A stretch of 64,000 nt of DNA. Origin: an uncultured bacterium (GTDB lineage Bacteria > Babelota > Babeliae > Babelales > Babelaceae). Each line of letters opens with the position of its first letter. Positions within the stretch are counted from its first letter, which is position 1. The DNA lies in contig CAWGPQ010000005.1 of the NCBI GenBank assembly GCA_963824495.1, positions 1 through 64,000 of the forward strand, in the 5' to 3' direction. The position numbers were made by a program, and so were the translations under genes. Shown in pieces: positions 51,061 through 61,165 of this stretch. The notes beneath the pieces are model-generated. The model ran no database searches and was not told where the DNA came from. It worked only from the letters and a program-made list of their open reading frames with translations.

Positions 51061-52200
51061 TTAAGGTACAATGATTCGTGGTATTTCTGGATTAATATGT
51101 GTTAACAGTTCATTAGCAATGGTTCCACCTTGATCTGCTAGCTCTGGTGCAGTTATACCGGCAGCGTTACCCATAAGCACAACTTCAGTTCCGGTAGTGA
51201 CGTTGGGAATATCGGTTACATCAACTGTTATGAGGTTCATGCTGATGGTGCCTATACTAGGAGCATACTGATTATTAATAAGTACGGATGCTTTATTAGA
51301 AAGCGACCGAGGATAGCCATCATAGTAACCGACAGGTAGTACAGCAATACTTGTGGACCGTTTAACCATAACGGTTCTATTGTAGCCGATAAAGCTCCCA
51401 GCTGGTACGTGCTTGAGTTGGATTACCGATGTTTTCCAAGTGAGAACTGGTGTAAGCGTAGCATCAGTAAAGCATGCGCTAACGGCATTATGCTGAGCTT
51501 GTGATTTCCAAAAGCCGTAGAGTGATGAGCCTACGCGTACAAATGAATGCACAACAGAGTTAGCTAGAAACAGTGCTCCTGATGAAATGAGATGCTGAGC
51601 AGGAATAGTAATACCGATATGTTCTAACTCTTTGAGCACGTTTGAAAAACATGCAAGCTGCTGATGCGTGAATTCTTGATGAGGATCTATCGTATCTGCC
51701 AAATGCGTGAGAATGCCACGCAAAGCTATGTGCTTATGCTTAAGAATAAACTGTATATAGGGGATCATATCTTGCGGCAATAGACCAAGGCGTGACATGC
51801 CAGTGTCTACTTTGACGTGAACATGTGCCAATACACCCAGAGCACGTGCTGTTTCATCAAGTAGTTGAATATCATCAGGTGTGTAAACAACAAGCTCCAC
51901 TTGCTGTTTAAGCACATAAGCAAGATTGCTATCAAGATAAGCAAGCGCAAGAATAGGTTTTTGTACACCTGCTGCACGTAAATCTAGCGCTTCGCTTGTT
52001 CCCGCGGTACATAATATATCTACCAAAGGGTGATCATTGAGCAATAGCCCAATAGGCACAAGACCGTGACCATAGGCATTTCCCTTTATGACAGCTGCCA
52101 ACTGTGTAGTTCCAATCAACCGCTTAATGGTAGCGCAGTTGTTATAGAGAGCCTGCTTGCTGAGCTCTATCCAGGTGCGATGTAATAATTGCATGCTCAC
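51061..52200 (-). CDS. alr: Alanine racemase
   Basis: AVIKGNAYGHG; HVKVDTGMSRLG; VRVG; PVGYYDG; ISMN. Confidence 0.95.
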   Translation of the reverse strand: MSMQLLHRTWIELSKQALYNNCATIKRLIGTTQLAAVIKGNAYGHGLVPIGLLLNDHPLVDILCTAGTSEALDLRAAGVQKPILALAYLDSNLAYVLKQQVELVVYTPDDIQLLDETARALGVLAHVHVKVDTGMSRLGLLPQDMIPYIQFILKHKHIALRGILTHLADTIDPHQEFTHQQLACFSNVLKELEHIGITIPAQHLISSGALFLANSVVHSFVRVGSSLYGFWKSQAQHNAVSACFTDATLTPVLTWKTSVIQLKHVPAGSFIGYNRTVMVKRSTSIAVLPVGYYDGYPRSLSNKASVLINNQYAPSIGTISMNLITVDVTDIPNVTTGTEVVLMGNAAGITAPELADQGGTIANELLTHINPEIPRIIVP

Positions 52201-52212
52201 ATCATACAGTAT

Positions 52213-52259
52213 AGTAATGGCCCTGCTTCGCTACTCCGTAGCTACGCAGAGCCATTACT
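52213..52259. terminator. Long imperfect hairpin between the Hsp20-like gene and alr
   Basis: agtaatggc-c-ctgc..gctac-tcc-gtagc..gcag-a-gccattact. Confidence 0.5.
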
Positions 52260-52276
52260 CATCTTAATACTAGTAC

Positions 52277-52948
52277 TTACTCTGTAGCAATTGCAATTTT
52301 TTGCGCAAGCTTTTTTGGAAGAGTAAGCGTTAACACATATTCTTTGCTCTGAGGTTCGTTACTTTTGTCATCACTTGCTTTTTGTTCAACTTCTTTATAA
52401 GCAGCTTTAACGTTGTGTACATCAACACGAGCTGGAAGTTGTTCAGGGAATGTACCTTGAGTAGATGACACATAGCTGAACCTATGGTTACGTTCTTTGT
52501 TTTCTTTTTGAACTACAGCTTGGTAGGAAAGTGTCAAGATGTCATCTTCAATACGAAGCACCCTTTCACCACGTGCAGTAGGTATTACCGCTTTGAGTAT
52601 GCCATCGCTGATCTCAATAGTAATATCCTTGCTTGGGGTGGCTCCAACGAAGAAATCAACTATCACATATTCATCATTTTGGCTAATAATGTAAGGAGGG
52701 GTCTTTTTCTTTTCAGGTTCACGAGGTTTTTGGTTGTTTGATTCCCGCTCGGATTCTTCAGCCATAAATTTCTGGAGCCGTTCACATTGGTTAGCTATGC
52801 GTTGCATCTCATAATGCATTGCTTCTATTGGATTATAGAAGGGGTCATAGAAGGGGTCATAATACCGTCCCTGCACTTGGCCTTGGTAGCATGTGCTTGC
52901 GGTGAGTAAGCCAAGCGGAAGGGTGATTGCTTTAGTGAGTTTTTTCAT
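52277..52948 (-). CDS. Exported Hsp20/alpha-crystallin-like protein
   Basis: Signal peptide; DPF repeats; DITIEISDGIL; LPARVD...AAY...VLTLTLPK. Confidence 0.6.
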   Translation of the reverse strand: MKKLTKAITLPLGLLTASTCYQGQVQGRYYDPFYDPFYNPIEAMHYEMQRIANQCERLQKFMAEESERESNNQKPREPEKKKTPPYIISQNDEYVIVDFFVGATPSKDITIEISDGILKAVIPTARGERVLRIEDDILTLSYQAVVQKENKERNHRFSYVSSTQGTFPEQLPARVDVHNVKAAYKEVEQKASDDKSNEPQSKEYVLTLTLPKKLAQKIAIATE

Positions 52949-53227
52949 AAAAAACCTCCGTTATTACGTTGTTAAACCATGATAACGCTTGATCTTATAG
53001 ATGCCACGTCGTAAGCGATAGTAGTGCTTATACGCATCCTTCATTTTAAAAAAAAGCTAAAAATTTTGCAAGAGCTCGTGCATCCCCTATTAATTGTAGT
53101 TACAAAGTGAATTTTTAAGAATAAAAAATTACAAGCAATAAGTAATAATCTTGATTTTTTAAGCATACAATTTGTAATATTATATATGGAATGATCTTAA
53201 TATCGTTTATATAAAGGAGAGAATGTT

Positions 53228-53752
53228 ATGAAAAAGAGAGCAATAGTATCGATAATACTGGCTTTCGCTGTAGCTGCGCCTGAGCTTGGTGCTCGAGTCG
53301 GCGGTGCTCGCGGAGGTGGCGGCGGTCGAGGCGGTCATACGGGTCGCCAGGGTGGTCATATGGGTGGCCGTGGTGGTCATACAGGTGGCCGTGGTGGTCA
53401 TGATAGCCACACGGGTGGTCGCGGCAGCTATACAGGTGGCCGTGGTGGTTATGATAGCCGCACAGGTGGCCACAGTGGCCGTGCAGGTGGTCGTGGTGCT
53501 TATGTAGGTGGTCGTGGTGCTTATGTAGGTGGTCGTGGTGCTTATGTAGGCGGTCGTGGTGCTTATGTAGGCGGTCGTGGTGCTTACGTAGGCGGTCGTG
53601 GTGCTTATGTAGGTCGTGGCGGTCGCGGTGGCTATATAGGTGGCTATGGCGTACAACCGGTGGTAGGAGTTGTACAACCGGTATATGTCGATGGCTACTA
53701 TGATGGTTATGATGATGGTTATGATGATGGTGCCCCGGTTGCTGTTGAGTAA
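53228..53752 (+). CDS. Secreted Gly/Arg/Tyr-rich protein 1
   Basis: AAGGAG ribosome-binding site; MKKRAI...APELGAR leader; GGRGGH and GGRGAYV repeats. Confidence 0.85.
   Translation: MKKRAIVSIILAFAVAAPELGARVGGARGGGGGRGGHTGRQGGHMGGRGGHTGGRGGHDSHTGGRGSYTGGRGGYDSRTGGHSGRAGGRGAYVGGRGAYVGGRGAYVGGRGAYVGGRGAYVGGRGAYVGRGGRGGYIGGYGVQPVVGVVQPVYVDGYYDGYDDGYDDGAPVAVE
53486..53611 (+). repeat. 21-bp coding tandem repeat x6 (GGRGAYV)
   Basis: ggyggtcgtggtgcttaygta, six consecutive copies. Confidence 0.92.
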
Positions 53753-53824
53753 CTATGATCTTAGTAAAATTATAGTATGATTTCATGATTCTTTAATAAT
53801 CGTTTAAATAACAAAGAGAATGCA

Positions 53825-54325
53825 ATGAAAAAGAGATCAATAATATTAATGTTACTGGCTTTTGCCGTAGCGGCGTCTGAGCTTGGTGCTCGAGGTGGCG
53901 GCGGTGGCCGCGGGGGCGGTCGTGGCGGTGGCCGGGGTGGCCATTTTGGGGGTCGTGGCGGAGGCTTTAGGGGAGGCGGCCGCGGTGGCTTTGGTCGAGC
54001 TGGTGGTGCTCGCTTTGGCGGTGCACGAGCCGGACAACGAGTTGGCTATAGAGGCGCTCGGGGTACGCGGCTTGGCCAACGAGGTATAAGTGGTAGAGGT
54101 TACGGTCGTGGCTTTGGCGGTGGTCGTGGCTTTGCACGAGCTGGCGGTTTCGGTCGTGGTTACGGTGGCTATGGTCGTGGTGGTTATGGCTGGTGGGGGG
54201 GTTATCCATTCTACTGGGGTTACCCATACTATTGGGATGGTGGTTACCCCTATTACTACGATTACCCTTATGGCTATGGTACACCGGTCGTTGAATACGC
54301 CGATGGATATTACGATGGATATTGA
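53825..54325 (+). CDS. Secreted Gly/Arg/Tyr-rich protein 2
   Basis: MKKRSI...ASELGAR leader; RGG repeats; W/Y/P-rich acidic tail. Confidence 0.85.
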   Translation: MKKRSIILMLLAFAVAASELGARGGGGGRGGGRGGGRGGHFGGRGGGFRGGGRGGFGRAGGARFGGARAGQRVGYRGARGTRLGQRGISGRGYGRGFGGGRGFARAGGFGRGYGGYGRGGYGWWGGYPFYWGYPYYWDGGYPYYYDYPYGYGTPVVEYADGYYDGY

Positions 54326-54398
54326 TGGCGGTGCCATGATCATCGTTGAGTACATGGATTTGTTTTTTTAATAATCATTTAAATAAAGGAGAAATGTT

Positions 54399-54806
54399 AT
54401 GAAAAAAAGATCGATAGTATTAATGTTACTCGCTCTCGGTGTAGCAGCTGCTCCTGAGCTCAGCGCTCGAGGCGGCGGAGGTCACGGTGGTGGAGGCCAC
54501 GGCGGCGGTGGTCGTGGCTTTGGTGGCGGTCGTGGCTTTGGTGGCGGCGGTCGTGGCTTTGCACGAGCTGGTGGCTACGGTCGTGGTTACGGTGGCTATG
54601 GTCGCGGTGGTTATGGTGGTTATGGCGGCGGTGGTTGGTGGGGCTACCCCCTTGCCTTTGGACTTGGCTATGGCTATGGTTACCCCTATTATGATGGCTA
54701 CTATGGAGATGGCTACTATGGCAATGGATATAGTGATGGCGGCTATGGCGGCGGCCGTGTCGTTAGCAGCGGACCAGGATATGTAGAGACTGTCTACGTT
54801 GACTAG
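54399..54806 (+). CDS. Secreted Gly/Arg/Tyr-rich protein 3
   Basis: AAGGAG ribosome-binding site; MKKRSI...APELSAR leader; GGRGF/GGYG repeats. Confidence 0.85.
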   Translation: MKKRSIVLMLLALGVAAAPELSARGGGGHGGGGHGGGGRGFGGGRGFGGGGRGFARAGGYGRGYGGYGRGGYGGYGGGGWWGYPLAFGLGYGYGYPYYDGYYGDGYYGNGYSDGGYGGGRVVSSGPGYVETVYVD

Positions 54807-54848
54807 TTCATATACGTAAACTCTTGAGGAACAGTCTTCGTTAAAGAG

Positions 54849-54869
54849 GGGGCTCGAAAGAGCCCCTTT
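54849..54869 (+). terminator. Rho-independent terminator of the Gly-rich cluster
   Basis: ggggctc-gaaa-gagcccc followed by ttt. Confidence 0.75.
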
Positions 54870-54984
54870 ATATTAATGTTGTTATTGATAATTTAATTAA
54901 ATGTTGAATTTTAAATATTTATAGTTGTAAAATAATATAAGAACCCATGAATGAACACACGGGCATAGCACAGGGGGAGCATGC

Positions 54985-55824
54985 ATGAAAAAATCCGGGT
55001 TTCTTATTGTTATACTTGGTATAGGTGTAGGTTTGCTGTTAAAGATCGATGGACGGTCGTCAAGTTCTTTTGGCCGTGGCATGCATTGTTCTATGGGATC
55101 TTTGCGTGGACGTTCATGTGCTGGTATACCAAGCAGAAGTTTTATGCAGCGAACGTCAGCACCTAGAATGACCCAGCACTTGGGTCCGGGTAGAAATTTT
55201 GTGCGAAATGTTCCCACTTCACGGCGATTTGCCTTGCATGGCCAGAGCTTTAGAAGCTCTCTATCACAGCAAAAGTCACACTCAATAACTTTTGGTAATA
55301 CATCACCTTCTCAATCTGTAGCACGTGCTTTTTCTTCAGGCTCCCTTGAGAAAAAACGACCACGTTCTGTACAGTTTAAGCAAGCAACAACAGGTAATTC
55401 TTCGCTGAATTCTCAAAAATCGGTAATACGGGCAACTGCTCACGGACCAACTAGAAATAATACTTCTGGTACAGGTAATTCCCCGCGCAATGCTCAAGGT
55501 CGTACTCAAAGTATCGCTTATAATATGCCAGACCAAAGAAACTCCACCAATACTCGCATTGACCAGGGGCGTTCCGAGCATCATCATCATAGTCGGCATC
55601 ATAATCATACCTCAAATAATAACAATTTTGGTAATAATTTCGGTTGTGGAGGTTATGGTTACGGGGGATTTGGGTATGGCTTTGGCTTTGGATTGTATGA
55701 CCCCTGGTGGTACTATCCATGGTGGTATAGTCCGTGGTGGCTCTATCCAGGATATTACCCTGGCTATCCTGGCTTTTATTTCGGTATCTCTTACCCATTC
55801 GTCTTTGATCCATTATTACTATAA
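54985..55824 (+). CDS. Secreted low-complexity protein (basic S/R-rich body, aromatic Y/W/P/G tail)
   Basis: MKKSGFLIVIL leader; YDPWWYYPWWYSPWW tail resembles the neighbouring genes. Confidence 0.7.
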   Translation: MKKSGFLIVILGIGVGLLLKIDGRSSSSFGRGMHCSMGSLRGRSCAGIPSRSFMQRTSAPRMTQHLGPGRNFVRNVPTSRRFALHGQSFRSSLSQQKSHSITFGNTSPSQSVARAFSSGSLEKKRPRSVQFKQATTGNSSLNSQKSVIRATAHGPTRNNTSGTGNSPRNAQGRTQSIAYNMPDQRNSTNTRIDQGRSEHHHHSRHHNHTSNNNNFGNNFGCGGYGYGGFGYGFGFGLYDPWWYYPWWYSPWWLYPGYYPGYPGFYFGISYPFVFDPLLL

Positions 55825-55949
55825 TCAGAACTTTTGTACTAATCTAACGTATCAAAAATTGTTAAATTTCACTAAAAAATTCATAAACTTTATATAGAGC
55901 ATAATGCATAGTGCACATTAATTTCTCTTAAATAAGGCACAGTGTCTTT

Positions 55950-58025
55950 TTAAAGACCTAAATCTTTAAAGAATGCGGCACTATTTGGTTCACGTCCCAA
56001 GAAATCTACGAGAAGTTTGTATGGATCTTCAGTGCCCCCCTTACTTAATATTTTTTCTCTATAGCGCTTGCCAATCTCAGGATTGAGTAGCCCAAATTGT
56101 TTAATGCAAGAGAAAACGTCATATGCATAAACAAGGGACCATAGATAGCTATAATATTTTGCACCATACTCAGTTAAATGGCCAAATGAGGCGGAAAAGT
56201 GATTAGTTGTTGGGATAAAAATATATGGCTGAACGCAAGCTAGAATAGTATTAGCTAGAGAGTATATATCTTTGTGCTCACCGTCTTTATAGTAATCAAG
56301 CGAAACCAGAGCATGGGTGAGCCGATATCGAAGGGTCTCAAGCATGTCAAAGTGTTTGGTCTTGAGTAGTTTATCGATCATTTCATCAGGTAAGGGCTCA
56401 TGTGTTTGATAGTGGGAGCTTACTCGTTTGAGAATATGAGGATTCCACAGCCATTCCACAAGCATTTGCGAAGGCATTTCGACAAAGTCTTGTTTTACGC
56501 ATGTGCCAGACAAGGTGCCAATTTCAGTCGCGCCAAGTAATGTATGGAGCGCATGACCAAATTCGTGAAATAACGTATAAACATCCTCTCGGGCCAGAAG
56601 TGATGGATGAGTATCTGTAGGGGCAGGAAGATTAGCAATAATTGTCGATAGAGAGGGAATATATGCTCTATCTGGAATGCTTATTGATGGTACCATAACG
56701 AATTGTGCAGCATGAGTATATTTATTTGGTCGAGGGAATAAATCAAGAAGTATATAGCCGAGAAGCTGATCATGAGGGTTATGGGCGCTTATAACTTTGA
56801 CATCAGGATGCCAAAAATAAGGCGCTATATCCAAGCTCAGCTTGATATTAAAGAATTGTCCAAAAATGTTAAGTAACTCATTAAGGGTATGCTCAAGCGG
56901 AAAATATTCAGCAACATATCGTTCGTTAATCATGAAGTATTTTTCTTTGTAATAGGTTCGGCAATACGCAATATCCGATGGCTTAAACTTTCCATCTGCT
57001 GTAATGGTAACGTTTGGAGGAAGATTGCGCTTTAGTTCAGCTATCTCTTGGCTTATATAAGGAGCCATATGTATACCCATATTTTCAAGAAACTTCTCGA
57101 CGTGCTTAGGGCTTTTGGCCATTTCATCGCTTATATCAAATTCTGCATAGCTTGAGTAACCCAAAAGATGAGCTAGTTTGTTTCGTGTTGAAATAAGCTG
57201 AGTAAGTATGGGAGTATTGGCTGGATATGCTCTATTAACAAAAGCCGTCCATAATTTCTCTCGTGTCGATTCGTTATCACAATGATCAAGTACTTGATGA
57301 TAGGTTGGGTAATCAACGCCTAAGATATAAAGACCGTCATCTGTCTGTTTAAGCGACTGGATAAAATCATTGCTCAAGCCAGCAAGTTGCTCACGTGATA
57401 CAGCAACAGTACGATGGTCAGTGTTAATGTTAGTTTCAAAACTGAGCTCAAGAGTTGCTATTTCTTTTTTAAGCTTTCGTATTTTTTCTTGGATTATATC
57501 AGGCAGATCAAGCCCACTGCGTCGAAAGTTCTTTAAGACTTCATGAATAAAATAGCGTTCTTGGTTGGTAATAGGCTCTTGTGTCATAGCATGGAGAGCA
57601 TATTCCTTGAATGCTCGATATATATCATTGTTATTGTTTATGTGATCGATAGCAAAGTTCTGGAGCTCTATGCGTGCAGTATGAGCAGCTATGCGCATTT
57701 CAGCGTTGGGACTTGTCAGTTCGAGCACTTGAAGCGGGCTTGCTAATGTACGTAAAGCAACTTGTACCTGATCAAATGCACGAGCGGTATTATCAAAACT
57801 ACGCTTATCAGCAGCAAGTATACCTATTTCATTAAGCTTTTGAGTAAGGGTATCTATAAGCTCTTGAGTGCGCTTTTTAATATCCCGAGTGTCAGGAGGA
57901 AGTAGCGCAACAACGTCATCAATGGTTTGTAGAGGGGTTATCATATACGTATAGACCTCCTGTATACAAGAAACAATTAAACACATACCTATAAAAAAAT
58001 GTATGAGCACAGATTTTATAGGCAC
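55950..58025 (-). CDS. M3 family metallopeptidase (thimet oligopeptidase-like), copy 2
   Basis: LDLFPRPNKYTHA; TLFHEFGHALH; DFVEMPSQMLVEW; SFGHL; YYSYLWS. Confidence 0.93.
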   Translation of the reverse strand: MPIKSVLIHFFIGMCLIVSCIQEVYTYMITPLQTIDDVVALLPPDTRDIKKRTQELIDTLTQKLNEIGILAADKRSFDNTARAFDQVQVALRTLASPLQVLELTSPNAEMRIAAHTARIELQNFAIDHINNNNDIYRAFKEYALHAMTQEPITNQERYFIHEVLKNFRRSGLDLPDIIQEKIRKLKKEIATLELSFETNINTDHRTVAVSREQLAGLSNDFIQSLKQTDDGLYILGVDYPTYHQVLDHCDNESTREKLWTAFVNRAYPANTPILTQLISTRNKLAHLLGYSSYAEFDISDEMAKSPKHVEKFLENMGIHMAPYISQEIAELKRNLPPNVTITADGKFKPSDIAYCRTYYKEKYFMINERYVAEYFPLEHTLNELLNIFGQFFNIKLSLDIAPYFWHPDVKVISAHNPHDQLLGYILLDLFPRPNKYTHAAQFVMVPSISIPDRAYIPSLSTIIANLPAPTDTHPSLLAREDVYTLFHEFGHALHTLLGATEIGTLSGTCVKQDFVEMPSQMLVEWLWNPHILKRVSSHYQTHEPLPDEMIDKLLKTKHFDMLETLRYRLTHALVSLDYYKDGEHKDIYSLANTILACVQPYIFIPTTNHFSASFGHLTEYGAKYYSYLWSLVYAYDVFSCIKQFGLLNPEIGKRYREKILSKGGTEDPYKLLVDFLGREPNSAAFFKDLGL

Positions 58026-58319
58026 TATGCAACCCTTATGACAAAGTGATTTAAAGATATTTATATCAAAATATAAATAATTATAGCTTAAATTTTAAAC
58101 TATTCTCAAGAAATGCATATTCTATAAGCAAAAATGCTGATGCATTCGACTCTATAGAGCACCGTTAGAGCGAAGTATGAACAGTACTTTATAATTCATA
58201 TGATTTATTAGTATTTTAAAAAATAAATATATTTACATTTGGTAATACTTTATAATAGTATAAAGTTAGAAGTGGTTTTTTATAGCCCAAAAGTGAGATT
58301 AAAAGTAAAAGGAGAAATC

Positions 58320-58877
58320 ATGAGAAGTATGATAACGATTGTACAAACGTTGTTGTTGGTAGGCTTTGCACAGTTTTGTCATGGCTATAAGTGGGATGTT
58401 ATAAATAATACAGCCGCAGACAACGTAAAGATTAGACTTGTGCTAGAAGCAATGTGGAGAAACTAACGACATGACCTTTATGAGAGGCGAAAGTAAAACT
58501 TTTGACGTACGTGGATGGAAAATAGGCTGTTGCCTGAGAGGCTTAAAAGTTAATAATGGCCCGGAGCTGTCGTTAAGCCCTCCCACCTATGTCAAAATAG
58601 CACCATACATGTGGCAGGATATAATGTACCTCCTGCCCCTTCCTATCAACTTTCAACCGACTAGCCCTCCGTACTTTACGATTCTGTTTTTGATTATCCT
58701 TTTTCTGGGACATGCCTATGTAAACAAGGATGTGTTATTGCTGAGCAAAGACAGTATTATGAACCGATTGACCAAAGATGCTCTGATGAATGCGAAGCCT
58801 ATGGAGGAGTATCATCAGCAGCTGCTGAAAATGACGGTAGCCATATCGACTGTGAGCTCGCAGCGGTGACACAATAA
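58320..58877 (+). pseudogene. Exported Cys-containing protein, paralogue of 47023-47463, disrupted
   Basis: YKWDVINNT / GCCLRGLKVNNG / CQNSTIHVAGY lie in different frames. An in-frame TAG precedes a Cys-rich tail. Confidence 0.6.
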
Positions 58878-58988
58878 AATAGATCGGCTTGGATGGATTG
58901 CGCTTGGGCTGCCGAAACTTAGCAGATACACAAAGCTAATTATCAAGCACATTGAAGCAGTGCTACAATAGTTGTATGAACTGTGCCA

Positions 58989-61061
58989 TTAAAGACCTAA
59001 ATCTTTAAAGAACGCATCACTCCGTGGCTCACGACCCAAGAAATCTTCAAGAAGTTTATACGGATCTTCGGCTCCGCCCCTACTTAAGATTGCCTCTCTA
59101 TAGCGCTTGCCAATTTCAGGGTTAAGTAACCCAAATTGCTTGATGTAATCGAAAAGATCAACAGCGTAGACACGAGACCACAAATAGCCATAGTATTTAG
59201 CACCATAGCCTGTTAAATGACCAAATGATGCAACAAAGTGATCGTTGGGTGCTACAAGAAGATGCGGTCGTATACGAGCAACAATATCATGCGCTAGAGC
59301 GTAAATCTCTTTATCTGCGCCTTCTTTATAGTAATCAAGCGCAATAGTAGCTAACGCAATTTGGCGTTCAACAAAATTACCAGTACCAAAATGTTTGGTC
59401 TTGAGTATTTTATTGATCATTTCGTCAGGTAATGGCTCATGAGTTTGATAGTGAGAGCTTATTTGCTTGAGAATATGAGGGTCCCACAGCCATTCCTCAA
59501 GCATCTGTGAAGGCAGCTCAACAAAATCACGTTTTACGTGTGTACCAGATAAGCTCCCAATATCAGTTGCGCCAAATAACGTATGAAGGGCGTGACCGAA
59601 TTCATGAAAAAGTGTTGATACATCACCACGTGGCAAAAGTGACGGGCGATTATGCGTTGGAGCAGCAAAATTGGCAAGAACAACTGCTACAGCTGGAAAG
59701 TATGGTTGACCCCTAACGGCTCGTATTGCTGGCACAATACCGATCTGGCAAGCATGAGTGTATTTATTTGGGCGTGGAAATAAATCAAGAAGTAAGTAGC
59801 CCAAAAGCTGGCCATGAGCATCATGGGCACTCAAGAGTTTAACGTCATGATGCCAAAAATCTGGTGAGGTAAGTTGGCTAAACTTAACGCTGAAAAACTG
59901 TTCATAGATAGCAAGTAATTCTTGAAGAATATGATCAAGGGGAAAATACTCTGCAACATGACGTTCATCAAGACTAAAATTCTGTTCCTTATAGGCGGCT
60001 GCAGCATAAGCCATATCCCATGGCTTAAATTTTCCTGATGGCGTAAGGCTTACTTGTGCCGGAAGATTATTTGCAAGATCATTAAGTTCTTGTTCTACCT
60101 TGGGTATGGCACGCATGCGCAAGTTGTCAAGAAACTGTTCAACGTTTTTGGGGCTTTTAGCCATCTCATTGCTAATATCAAACTCTGCATAGCTTGAATA
60201 GCCTAAAAGATGTGCAAGTTTGTCACGCTCGGCAATAAGCTTGGTAAGTAGAGGCGTATTAACTGGGTACGCTCTATTAACAAAGGCTGTCCATAGCTTC
60301 TCTCGAGTTGACTCTACTGAGCAGTGATCAAGTACTTGGTGATAGGTAGGATAGTCAACACCTAAGACATAAAAACCGTCATCAGTTCGTTTAAGCGACG
60401 TAATAAAATCTTCACTTAAGCCTGCAAGCTCATCATGAGATACGGTAACAGTATGATTATCGGTAGCAATATTGGTCTCAAAATCGAGTTCAAGGGCAGC
60501 AATTGCTTTTTTGACCTTTTTTACTTCTTCCTGTAGCGCATCGGGTAAGTTAAGTCCATCTCGTTTAAAATCTTTTAAGATATCGTGAATAAAATACCGT
60601 TCTTGATCGCTCAGGGATTCTTGGGTCATACCATGAGCAGCATATTCTTTGAATGCTCGATAAAGAGCTTTATTTTGAGATACATAATCAACCTCAAAAT
60701 CTTGTAGTTTAATAAGTGCATCATGAGCAGCTGAGCGAAGATCAGCGTCAGGACTTGCCATTTCAAGAGTTTGAAGAGCGCTGGTTAGTTCACGCAGTGC
60801 AACATGAGCTTGATCAAAGGCACGAGCAGTGTTGTCAAATGTGCGTTGTTCGGCAGAAATTGAGGTGATAGTATCAAGCTCGCTGGTAATGTCTCTTATA
60901 AGTTTTTTGGTACGGCTTTCGATGCCCTGAGGGTTGCCAGGAAATAATGCCATGACGTCACCAACGGTCTGTATGGGGGTTATCATAACCAAAGATCCTC
61001 CGTATAACCAAGAAACTATGAAACAAGTACTTAAAAAAGAGCGTATAATTATGTGCTTCAA
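58989..61061 (-). CDS. M3 family metallopeptidase (thimet oligopeptidase-like), copy 1
   Basis: TLFHEFGHALH; DFVELPSQMLEEW; SFGHLTGYGAKYYGYLWS; FLGREP. Confidence 0.95.
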   Translation of the reverse strand: MKHIIIRSFLSTCFIVSWLYGGSLVMITPIQTVGDVMALFPGNPQGIESRTKKLIRDITSELDTITSISAEQRTFDNTARAFDQAHVALRELTSALQTLEMASPDADLRSAAHDALIKLQDFEVDYVSQNKALYRAFKEYAAHGMTQESLSDQERYFIHDILKDFKRDGLNLPDALQEEVKKVKKAIAALELDFETNIATDNHTVTVSHDELAGLSEDFITSLKRTDDGFYVLGVDYPTYHQVLDHCSVESTREKLWTAFVNRAYPVNTPLLTKLIAERDKLAHLLGYSSYAEFDISNEMAKSPKNVEQFLDNLRMRAIPKVEQELNDLANNLPAQVSLTPSGKFKPWDMAYAAAAYKEQNFSLDERHVAEYFPLDHILQELLAIYEQFFSVKFSQLTSPDFWHHDVKLLSAHDAHGQLLGYLLLDLFPRPNKYTHACQIGIVPAIRAVRGQPYFPAVAVVLANFAAPTHNRPSLLPRGDVSTLFHEFGHALHTLFGATDIGSLSGTHVKRDFVELPSQMLEEWLWDPHILKQISSHYQTHEPLPDEMINKILKTKHFGTGNFVERQIALATIALDYYKEGADKEIYALAHDIVARIRPHLLVAPNDHFVASFGHLTGYGAKYYGYLWSRVYAVDLFDYIKQFGLLNPEIGKRYREAILSRGGAEDPYKLLEDFLGREPRSDAFFKDLGL

Positions 61062-61165
61062 TGATAGTCCTTTTTTTAAGAATTGAGCAGCAAGTTTGGT
61101 ATATCTTAAAATAATTACCAGAGTCTAGCAAGAATTCACATAGTACCTCAGCTCATGTTCTCGGT

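Noticed and set aside
53486..53611. Possible CRISPR array
   Set aside because: Contiguous 21-bp coding repeats with no spacers. No cas genes are seen in the window.
53207..54355. His-rich and Thr/Ala-rich ORFs on the minus strand
   Set aside because: Shadow frames of the Gly-rich repeats. The plus-strand genes have ribosome-binding sites and conserved signal peptides.
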